Source: Clostridia bacterium
GTDB taxonomy: Bacteria; Bacteroidota; Bacteroidia; Bacteroidales; 4484-276
Assembly: GCA_009928785.1 (NCBI GenBank)
Contig: SABY01000001.1
Span: 23,633-87,632, forward strand
Reading direction: 5' to 3'
Length of the DNA stretch: 64,000 nt
A program made the position numbers and the translations under genes. Under the pieces are notes generated by a model, which was not told the origin of the DNA, searched no databases, and worked only from the letters and a program-made list of their open reading frames with translations. Shown here one piece after another: positions 45,617 to 53,536 of the stretch. Position 1 is the first letter of the stretch. Every line of letters begins with the position of its first letter.

Positions 45617-47284
45617 ATGACTTTTCGTATTGCCATGTTAATCGTTGCTTTGGTAATTTTCGATTGCCAATTGCAGGCACAAGACACCACCAAAATCGAC
45701 TCGTTGCGTTACATAGCTTTGATGGCGCCGGGCGATTCGGCACGCGTGCACGAATATGTGGAGCTATCCAAGATGCTTATGATCTCTGATGTGCAACAGG
45801 CATTGCAAGTGGCGCAGCAGGCAATGGATATTGCAGAAAAAGCCGCTGACCAAAAACTTCTGGCACATGCCTGCCTCAATCTGGGCAATGTTTACTTCAC
45901 CAACGGCTTGCTCGAGCTTTCCACACAATATTTTTTGCGATACATCGAAATAAATAGCCGGCTTGGCAACGAAAAAGGTGTGGCCTACGGACGCATTAAT
46001 CTGGGAGCTGTGTATCTGCAATTGGAGCAATACCAGCAATCGAGAACGTATTTTGAAAAAGCGCTCATTTTTTTCGAACACCTGGCCGATTCTATGCAGT
46101 CTGCTTCGCCCCACAACGAAATGCTGATTATCTATAACAATCTGGGCATTGCTTGTCAAAACCTTCAGGAGCCTGAATTAGCCAAAAATTATTATGAAAA
46201 AGGAATTCTGATGGCTCGACAGGCTGGGAGCGATCCGGAGGTTCTGGGCATCCTGCTCAACAACCTGGGTGCACTTTTTATCGCCCAGGGTCATTCCGAT
46301 AAAAGCTACGAATATCTCATCGAATCTTTCCGTTTGCGCCAATCAGCCAACGATCTGGTAGGCATGGGACAATCGCATCGCACCCTGGCCGAATATTATA
46401 TGACCATCAACGACGAGCGTACTGCCATCGATCATCTTAATGAAGGTTACCGGTTGGCTGTTCAGGTTGGAAATATGAGTTTACTAACTGAGGTGGCGAT
46501 AAAACTTTTCGAGGTTTACCAGCGGCAGAGTAATGCCGACTCGGCGCTGAAATACTATATGGCTTACTCCGATGTAAACGAAAAGCTCAATCGGGCAGAA
46601 GCAGCCAATGCACTCACCCAGTATGAAATTACCAGCAAATACGAAGAAAGTCGCCGCCTGATGAGATTGAAACAGCAACGCAAAGAGCAGCGCTACCTTT
46701 TTATCGGGTTTATCCTGCTCTTGGTTTTGGCCATCATCAGCCTGCTCTATTTTCTTTCGCACAGCCGCAACAAACGCCTGCGACTCGAAGCCGAGAACAT
46801 CCAGTTGAACGCACAGAAAATGGAGCTTGAAAAAAATAATCTTGAAAAAGAGCTTGAAATCAAGAAAAAAGAGCTGACCACCAATGTGATGTATCAGATA
46901 CAGAAAAACGAACTTATTTACGAAATTGTACAGAAGCTGCAAAAGCAGATGGCAACGAGCCAGCGACCCGATCAGCGATGGCTGTTACAAACCATCCGCG
47001 ATCTGGAGCGTACGCACGACACTTCCGTGTGGCAGGAATTTGAGGTACGTTTCGAACAGGTGCACAATGATTTCTACCAAAAGCTCAACGAAATCGACGC
47101 CAGCCTCACACCCAACGAGCGGCGCCTGTGTGCCTTCCTAAAGCTAAATATGAGTTCCAAAGAAATTTCGCTCATCACCGGTCAGTCGCCCCGCACCATC
47201 GACGTGGCCAGAACCCGCCTGCGCAAAAAACTCAACCTCACCAACTCCGATACAGGACTTGTAGAATATCTCGCCGCGCTCTGA
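45617..47284 (+). CDS. Transmembrane one-component regulator: periplasmic TPR repeats, a TM helix, a coiled coil and a LuxR-type HTH
   Basis: Signal peptide MTFRIAMLIVALVIFDCQLQAQ, TPR-like repeats, TM YLFIGFILLLVLAIISLLYFL and a C-terminal LuxR HTH (ERRLCAFLKLNMSSKEISLITGQSPRTIDVARTRLRKKL). ATG verified at 45617. Confidence 0.8.
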   Translation: MTFRIAMLIVALVIFDCQLQAQDTTKIDSLRYIALMAPGDSARVHEYVELSKMLMISDVQQALQVAQQAMDIAEKAADQKLLAHACLNLGNVYFTNGLLELSTQYFLRYIEINSRLGNEKGVAYGRINLGAVYLQLEQYQQSRTYFEKALIFFEHLADSMQSASPHNEMLIIYNNLGIACQNLQEPELAKNYYEKGILMARQAGSDPEVLGILLNNLGALFIAQGHSDKSYEYLIESFRLRQSANDLVGMGQSHRTLAEYYMTINDERTAIDHLNEGYRLAVQVGNMSLLTEVAIKLFEVYQRQSNADSALKYYMAYSDVNEKLNRAEAANALTQYEITSKYEESRRLMRLKQQRKEQRYLFIGFILLLVLAIISLLYFLSHSRNKRLRLEAENIQLNAQKMELEKNNLEKELEIKKKELTTNVMYQIQKNELIYEIVQKLQKQMATSQRPDQRWLLQTIRDLERTHDTSVWQEFEVRFEQVHNDFYQKLNEIDASLTPNERRLCAFLKLNMSSKEISLITGQSPRTIDVARTRLRKKLNLTNSDTGLVEYLAAL

Positions 47285-47303
47285 TGAAGTCGGCAAACAA
47301 GAT

Positions 47304-47689
47304 TAACCTTTCTATCTCCTCCTTCATCGGACCGTAGAAAGTTGCTACCCCCCCCACAGACTTTCGAGCGTCCGAAGGACCTCGAAACGTCAACAAACGA
47401 AACTAACCTTTCTATCTCCTCCTTCATCGGACCGTAGAAAGTTGCTACCCCCCCCACAGACTTTCGAGCGTCCGAAGAACCTCGAAACGTCAACGAACGA
47501 ACCTAACCTTTTCTATCTCCTCCTTCATCGGACGATAGAAAGTTGCTACCCCCCCACAGACTTTCGAGCGTCCGAAGGGACCTCGAAACGTCAAACAAAC
47601 AACAAACAACAAACAACAAACAACAAACAACGAACAACAAACAACGAACAACAAACAACAAACAACGAACAACGAACAACAAACAACGA
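47304..47689. repeat. Three tandem copies of an exactly 100-bp unit (starts 47304, 47404, 47504) running into ~14 heptads (AACAAAC/AACGAAC)
   Basis: Copies 1 and 2 differ at 3 positions. Each unit has hairpin A (CTTTCTA...TAGAAAG, 47308-47341), a C7-8 run and hairpin B (TTTCGAG-C-GTCC-GAA-GGAC-CTCGAAA, 47362-47387). The heptad tract spans about 47593-47689. Confidence 0.9.
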
Positions 47690-47846
47690 CCTGTGCTTCC
47701 AAACCCTAAGGTACTCGCAGGCAGTAATGTAAGCGTATTTGTATTGTTGATGTATGGCTGGGTTTTGGGCATTGTAGCTACAAAGTGGCGATGGATTTTT
47801 TGGTGGTAAACTATGCGCGTAGTAATCTTGCAGCTCAAAATTATTC

Positions 47847-47999
47847 ATGATGGCAAACAACAAATCCAACAAGGAAACGGAGAAGGAAATCGAAGACGAA
47901 CTGAAGGCGCTTTTGGATCGGAAACAATCTGAAAGAAAAGCACTCCTGAAATTGCTGCGTCATTTCGAAAAGGATATGGATGATAAAAAGACAAAATAG
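47847..47999 (+). CDS. Possible small ORF (50 aa, charged helical); not in the ORF track
   Basis: Hand translation gives MMANNKSNKETEKEIEDELKALLDRKQSERKALLKLLRHFEKDMDDKKTK. No RBS or homology evidence. Confidence 0.25.
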   Translation: MMANNKSNKETEKEIEDELKALLDRKQSERKALLKLLRHFEKDMDDKKTK

Positions 48000-48068
48000 A
48001 AACCATTACACCTTTACTAATTTAACTAATCAAAAATTCATAATTCATAATTCAAAACAATTAAAACA

Positions 48069-51000
48069 ATGCAAACACGAACTACAATTTTCTCACAATT
48101 CAGGCTGGTCAGCCTTATGCTGTTGCTCCTGCCTATGCTGATGATTACTACGGCAAATGCACAAGGTATGCGTCTTTTCCCTGTCGAAGAAGACTTTGAA
48201 GGTGCAACCTTTCCACCCGCATCCTGGCAGGTTTTCGATATAGATGGCGACGGCGAAACTTGGATAGGCTCTGCCGATTTTAACCATAGCCCTGACGGTG
48301 CCAAAAGTGCCTATCATAACTTTGCAAATGGCGCACAAGATGGTTATTTGGTAACGCCCGCTATGGAATTTCCAGCCTCGGGTACTATCGTTTTTACTTT
48401 CTGGAATTACACAGTCGATCCAGACTATTATGGCAATAACAGCGTGCTAATAAGCACTGGTAGCGGCAACCCGGCCGACGGCGATTTTGTCGAGCTTTGG
48501 ACACCCGATCAGGTTGCCGCCGAATGGGAACAGGTATTGATCAATCTGGCTCCTTATGCCGGTCAAACGGCCTATCTGGCTTTCCGTTATCAGGGCGACT
48601 ATGCCCACGCCTGGGCTGTAGATGATGTGTATGTTGGCGACGAGTTTGATACTGCGCCACATATCGTGGTAGCTCCGACCCAGGTTAATGCCACTGGTCC
48701 CATCAATTCCATTCTTACAAAAACACTCAACATCAGCAATGGTGGCATCGACAACCTGATTTATTCTATCGATTTTTCTTATAATGGCGGCACCGAAGGT
48801 TGGCTTACCATTTACCCGCTCACCGGCGACCTGGGTACAGGTGGTGCTCTGGGACACATCCTTACCTTCGATCCCGAAGACCTTTCACTGGGTGATTACA
48901 GCGCAACAATCACCATTAGCTCCAACGATACCGAGTTTCCTGAAGTAATCGTTCCGATAAACTACACGGTTTTAGAAGCTGCAAACTACGAAGTTATCAC
49001 ACTATTAAATGATTATACTTTCCCAACTGATATCAGCGAAAATGGCGAATTTATCGTTATTACCTCTTTTGATGGCAGTGGTTTATTGTGGTCTAAAGAG
49101 TTTGGTCTGAAAGCAATAACCGGCGAGGATCAAACGGTGCAGGCTGTTGCCGAAGATGGTACCGTAGGTGGTACCAACAACAATCCTGAATACAACACGC
49201 AAATGAGCGGCTTTTGGCATTACCAGACTGAACAATGGTTGTTTCTGCCGCTCAATCCCGACGCTGGCCAACCAACGGGTTCCGACTATAATTCCTGCTG
49301 GGGAATGTCGGCTGATGGTTCTATTATGGTAGGGATGCAATATTTCCCGGGAGGATTGTACAAAGCATTTAAATGGACGGCCACGGATGGTTATGAGGAT
49401 ATTGGTGCGCTGGCGCCCGGCGGAAACCGACCCAATGGCATCAGCAACGATGGAAGCGTGGTATATGGCTGGGCTGATTTGCCTGAAGCTTCGCGCTCGC
49501 CGGTGATCTGGGTTGATGACCAACTCATTGAAATTGCTCCTGAAGAATACGGTGAAGCTTTCGCGGCTTCGTCAACAGGAGAATATGTGGTAGGTAATGC
49601 CGGCGAATCCGGATTTATCTGGAGCCAGCAAACAGGCGCAGTATTTTTCGAAAATACGCTTAATGACGGAATGATCTCCCCTGTGGCAGTAATGGATGAT
49701 GGTACTGTGTTGGGTTTTACCGCCGAAGGCTGGCCACCTTTTCCTGATATGCGTCGTGCGTTTGCAAGGTTGCCTGATGGCGAAATGGTTACCTTCAACG
49801 ACTATGCATTAAGCCGCGGAATGGCCGAAGCTTCTGATTGGTTATTCTATAGCATCAATGGCGTTACTCCCGACGGGAATAAATTCATCGGTGCAGGCAT
49901 CAATCCTGAGGGCGATTATGTAACTTTCCTCATCGACTTTGGCGCCGAGCTGCCCAACATCAGCGTTCTTCCCGAAAATATAATGGAAGCATTATTACCC
50001 GGAGCATCTTCTACCCAACTCATGGAAATCGAAAATACCGGCAACGCTCCGCTCGAATACGAAACCTATATCAATTATCTGATGGCCGGGCAGAGCAACC
50101 AACCCACCGCTGTTCCTGTTGGCAAAAGCCAGCGCAGCCGCGATCTTACTCTGCAATCTGTTCCCATCAAGGGTGATGCTGCTATGCACGACAATGCCCG
50201 CGACGACAACTTTCTGCTGCATTACGATGGCGAAAATGCCGAAGCTGTAGGACTTGTCGCAGGTGGAAGCATGTTTGCTGCGGCACGCTTTCCATCGGAT
50301 ATGGTTTATGCTTTTGCCGGCGCCACGCTGCAATCAGTGGATACATACGTTAATGATATGCCCAACGAAGCTACACTCATCATTTGGGGGCCCGGCACCA
50401 CTACCACTCCTGGCCAGGTGCTGCATGTTCAGCCTTTTGATGCAGCCCCCCTCGAGTGGAATACAATTACTCTGGATACTCCGTTGGCGCTGGAAGGTAC
50501 CGATATCTGGATCGGAATCAATTATATCCATGATGCCGGAATGTGGGTTGCAGGTCTCGACGGCGGCCCTGCCGATCCTAATGGCGACTGGGTGTCGATG
50601 GATGGCGAAACATGGGAGCATCTCTCTGATGCCGGTCTGAACGCCAACCTAAACATCCGCGGCCTGGTGCAGCTTTCTCCCGGCGAATGGCTCAGCCTCG
50701 ATCCCGCTGCTGGCACCGTTCCCGCCGAAGATATGCAGGAGGTAGCAGTTAATTTTACCACCACCACCCTGATGCAGGGAATGTATGCTGCCAATATCAT
50801 TATCGAAAGCAACGACAAAGACACGCCTTACACCGTGGTTCCGGTTACACTCGACGTAATGGTAGGTTTGGATGAAAACCCAATGCAGGCCATCCGCGTT
50901 TATCCCGTTCCCGCCACCACCCGGCTCAACATCGACCTGGTGGAAGGTATAGAAAGTGTGCGTTTGTTCAACAGCTTCGGCCAATTGGTTCGTGAAGTAA

Positions 51001-51122
51001 AAACTATTAACAGCCTAAATCAGCAACTCAACCTCGAAGGTTTAGGCACAGGCGCTTACATGCTTCAGTTTGTTGGCAATGCCGGCCTGACGCACCAGCG
51101 AGCCATCATCATTAGCAAGTAA
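48069..51122 (+). CDS. Large secreted T9SS cargo protein (N-terminal choice-of-anchor-J/MAM-like domain, HAF-like repeats, C-terminal T9SS sorting domain)
   Basis: Signal peptide. N-terminal EEDFEGATFPPASWQVFDIDGDGETW...LAFRYQGDYAHAWAVDDVYVG. Repeats such as GISNDGSVVYGWA and KAFKWTATDGYEDIG. C-terminal IRVYPVPATTRLNIDL...GAYMLQF (Por/T9SS CTD pattern). Confidence 0.85.
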   Translation: MQTRTTIFSQFRLVSLMLLLLPMLMITTANAQGMRLFPVEEDFEGATFPPASWQVFDIDGDGETWIGSADFNHSPDGAKSAYHNFANGAQDGYLVTPAMEFPASGTIVFTFWNYTVDPDYYGNNSVLISTGSGNPADGDFVELWTPDQVAAEWEQVLINLAPYAGQTAYLAFRYQGDYAHAWAVDDVYVGDEFDTAPHIVVAPTQVNATGPINSILTKTLNISNGGIDNLIYSIDFSYNGGTEGWLTIYPLTGDLGTGGALGHILTFDPEDLSLGDYSATITISSNDTEFPEVIVPINYTVLEAANYEVITLLNDYTFPTDISENGEFIVITSFDGSGLLWSKEFGLKAITGEDQTVQAVAEDGTVGGTNNNPEYNTQMSGFWHYQTEQWLFLPLNPDAGQPTGSDYNSCWGMSADGSIMVGMQYFPGGLYKAFKWTATDGYEDIGALAPGGNRPNGISNDGSVVYGWADLPEASRSPVIWVDDQLIEIAPEEYGEAFAASSTGEYVVGNAGESGFIWSQQTGAVFFENTLNDGMISPVAVMDDGTVLGFTAEGWPPFPDMRRAFARLPDGEMVTFNDYALSRGMAEASDWLFYSINGVTPDGNKFIGAGINPEGDYVTFLIDFGAELPNISVLPENIMEALLPGASSTQLMEIENTGNAPLEYETYINYLMAGQSNQPTAVPVGKSQRSRDLTLQSVPIKGDAAMHDNARDDNFLLHYDGENAEAVGLVAGGSMFAAARFPSDMVYAFAGATLQSVDTYVNDMPNEATLIIWGPGTTTTPGQVLHVQPFDAAPLEWNTITLDTPLALEGTDIWIGINYIHDAGMWVAGLDGGPADPNGDWVSMDGETWEHLSDAGLNANLNIRGLVQLSPGEWLSLDPAAGTVPAEDMQEVAVNFTTTTLMQGMYAANIIIESNDKDTPYTVVPVTLDVMVGLDENPMQAIRVYPVPATTRLNIDLVEGIESVRLFNSFGQLVREVKTINSLNQQLNLEGLGTGAYMLQFVGNAGLTHQRAIIISK

Positions 51123-51159
51123 ATCCTTTTTTTGATTTGGTTTTAATAATTAATAATAA

Positions 51160-51191
51160 GGCCGGTTCCACTGTGGAACCGGCCTTTTTTT
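51160..51191 (+). terminator. Rho-independent terminator after the T9SS cargo gene
   Basis: GGCCGGTTCCAC-TG-TGGAACCGGCC stem followed by TTTTTTT. Confidence 0.7.
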
Positions 51192-51379
51192 GTGGGGTTT
51201 CTGAAGCTCAATTAGAAGACTTAAACAATGAATCCGAAATTGAGATTTCTCCTTTTGTAGAAAGTATGTCCTCCGGAATATGTATTCCTGCCGAGTTTGA
51301 TTTCAAATCAGAGTACCTGAATCATTTGATTGAAAAAAATGGCTCTGATATAAAATTTTGTGGCCAGGCTGTTCACTAA

Positions 51380-51546
51380 CCCCGGCCTTAAGGCCGGGGT
51401 AAAAGGCAATAGTATTTCAGTAAGCTCTATCCCAAATAAAGAGCATGTTATTATGAGTTCATGGAAAGATACTGATGTAAAAGTGTTGCGGGCTAAAGCC
51501 CGTGGGTTTCTGACGGAGATGTCTGCCCCAGCCCTGAAGGGCGGGG
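51380..51546. other. Three GC-rich stem-loops with 4-nt A/T-rich loops in a non-coding gap
   Basis: CCCCGGCC-TTAA-GGCCGGGG (51380-51399), CGGGC-TAAA-GCCCG (51489-51502) and CCCCAGCCC-TGAA-GGGCGGGG (51526-51546). Confidence 0.7.
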
Positions 51547-51625
51547 TTATTGAAGATGAGCTACACACAATAAGTAATATCAAAGCCAAAAAAATAAATA
51601 AAAATGAAACTATTGAGAATTCATA

Positions 51626-53011
51626 CTAATACAAAAATGCCTTTCGGCTGATGATGCCATCATTGTAAACGGCCCTCACCAGATAAATTCCCGGAGCTAT
51701 TTGCGGAAGCCGATAGATTTTTTCTGTAGCCATTTTCCGGGTGAGCAGAAGTTGCCCGGACAGCGAGTAAACCATCAGATCGAAAGTATCGGTGGCTCCG
51801 GTGGGATCGGTAAACATAACGTTGTTTGCCATTACCTGTAGAGTCGGTTTGTGCGGATTTAGGCTCTCATAAATGGCGCTGGAGTATTCCGGAAATAGCC
51901 ACTGATAAGCTGCCGAAAACTGGGAGCGCCACAAAGCCTCGTTATGTTGGCCACCTTCCACCACCTTCAGCATCAACTGATCGGGACGAAATCCTGCCGC
52001 TACCAGCGTATCTTTCATCTTATTCAGTTGCTGCACCAGGCCGCCACTCTCGGCAGTGCCGCCCATAATGTAAAGTCGCATAGGATGCTGCGCCCCGGCG
52101 AGATAACTGAAATCATACACCGAATCGTTGAACCAATAGGAAGGTGAGAAAATCCCAGCCTTGCTAAAAACATTTTGATATTTCAGGCCGATGTAATGAG
52201 AAATAAGCCCGCCCAGCGAGCTGCCCATCACACCGGTATTGTCACGGTCGGGCAGGGTGCGGTAGTGCTGGTCGATGTAGGGTTTGAGCGTTTCGACGAT
52301 AAAATGCGCATACAAATCACCCGCTCCGCCGCCATATTGCGGATTTGCCCAGGGCGTGTATTCATCAATGCGGTAGCTGCCGCCATTGTCGATACCAACT
52401 ACTATTGGTACTTGCTTACCGTCGGCTGCTAACTGGTTTAGCGCCTCGTCCACTTCCCATTCGCCGGCAAAAGCGGTGGCTATGTCAAAAAGATTTTGGC
52501 CGTCGTGCATGTAGAGCACCGGATAGCTTTTGCCTGATGTGTCGTAGCCGGGCGGGAGGTACAGCCAGATGCGGCGGTGGCGGTTGAACTGTGGCATATA
52601 AAACTCCTCGTCCATCACCACCACATTTTCGGCAGCAGTATGCACGGTGCCACCCTGATCTTCCCAGCTCAGAATTGTAACTTCAAGCGTGTCGGCGCTT
52701 CCCATCATAAAGGTGCGGTCGGGCAGGAAGCCGCCATTTTCGTTGCCCTCTACAGTTTCCCACGAGCCACGCGTAAATTTAAAAGCGATTTGTCCGGAAG
52801 CGGAAATAATGACCTGCGGCTCTCCATTGCTGTTGGTGGCGAGTTGATAATTTGCATCACCGGGGTTCCAGCCGTTGAAGTTTCCTGCAACAAAAACTCC
52901 TTCGTCAGGAGGTGTGTCGGGTGGGAGCGACGTTACGATGATAGTGAGGTCTGCCGCTGAAGCTATAGTTGCGAAAAAGGTAATCAGGACAAGCAAAAAA
53001 TTCTTTTTCAT
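51626..53011 (-). CDS. Secreted esterase (putative-esterase/alpha-beta hydrolase) with an N-terminal E-set/CBM48-like domain and a T9SS C-terminal sorting domain
   Basis: YPVLYMHDGQNLF block, nucleophile elbow GSSLGG, N-terminal FVAGNFNGWNP and C-terminal LMVYSLSGQLL...GIYLVRAVY. ATG verified at 53011. Confidence 0.8.
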   Translation of the reverse strand: MKKNFLLVLITFFATIASAADLTIIVTSLPPDTPPDEGVFVAGNFNGWNPGDANYQLATNSNGEPQVIISASGQIAFKFTRGSWETVEGNENGGFLPDRTFMMGSADTLEVTILSWEDQGGTVHTAAENVVVMDEEFYMPQFNRHRRIWLYLPPGYDTSGKSYPVLYMHDGQNLFDIATAFAGEWEVDEALNQLAADGKQVPIVVGIDNGGSYRIDEYTPWANPQYGGGAGDLYAHFIVETLKPYIDQHYRTLPDRDNTGVMGSSLGGLISHYIGLKYQNVFSKAGIFSPSYWFNDSVYDFSYLAGAQHPMRLYIMGGTAESGGLVQQLNKMKDTLVAAGFRPDQLMLKVVEGGQHNEALWRSQFSAAYQWLFPEYSSAIYESLNPHKPTLQVMANNVMFTDPTGATDTFDLMVYSLSGQLLLTRKMATEKIYRLPQIAPGIYLVRAVYNDGIISRKAFLY

Positions 53012-53086
53012 AAAAAAGTTGTTAAAGATGAAAACGAAGCAGGGTGCGTGGCGCAAGGCGCTAATCGAGGGTTTGAGGCGCTTGGT

Positions 53087-53296
53087 TTAGTCGATGGCAA
53101 TCATCACATTGGAAGCTTTGATGAGGCCATACACCTCCAGGTCTTTTTTCAGCTCCAGATTTTGCGCTGATGTTTTGGTGATGATCGACACGATTTCCTG
53201 TCCACCGGGCAGTTGTATGGTGACTTCGGTATTAACTGCTCCATGCTCGATGTGTGTAATGGTGCCTTTGAGCACGTTGCGTGTTGAAATTTTCAT
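53087..53296 (-). CDS. Molybdopterin/molybdate-binding Mop (TOBE-fold) protein
   Basis: 69 aa; MKISTRNVLKGTITHIEHGAVNTEVTIQLPGGQEIVSIITK...LIKASNVMIA is the Mop/TOBE pattern. ATG verified at 53296. Confidence 0.8.
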   Translation of the reverse strand: MKISTRNVLKGTITHIEHGAVNTEVTIQLPGGQEIVSIITKTSAQNLELKKDLEVYGLIKASNVMIAID

Positions 53297-53494
53297 GATG
53301 TTAATGTTTGGGTTATTAATGATAAAAACTGATCCAAAAATAAATATTTCCAGCCACATGGTGCTGTTTTAGGTTTCAAGGCTGGCGTATCTTATCGTGG
53401 GGAGTTTGGCTTGACGGCTGTGCACCCAGCAGGTATTCTTTCGCAACGTTAGAAATTATCACATCCGGCACCTGCACAGGGATTGTTAATTATT

Positions 53495-53502
53495 TACTTT
53501 TG
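53495..53502 (+). promoter_or_regulatory. -7 promoter box TACTTTTG upstream of the aminotransferase gene
   Basis: Exact TAnnTTTG match 35 nt upstream of the ATG at 53537. Confidence 0.4.
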
Positions 53503-53536
53503 CCCGTCTAATTGGTGTTTTTTACAAAATATAGCT

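Noticed and set aside
47304-47603. Possible CRISPR array (regularly spaced 100-bp periodicity)
   Set aside because: Whole 100-bp units are near-identical and there are no unique spacers between short repeats. No cas genes or leader are present in the window. It is a plain tandem repeat.
51137-51629. Track ORFs 51137..51379, 51360..51629 and 51308..51589 as real genes
   Set aside because: They overlap one another. The first starts with a non-ATG codon inside the terminator hairpin. Parts of their translations (NPGLKAGV, RAKARGF, APALKGGV) are simply the GC hairpins read through. A gene remnant cannot be excluded; see the finding for this gap.
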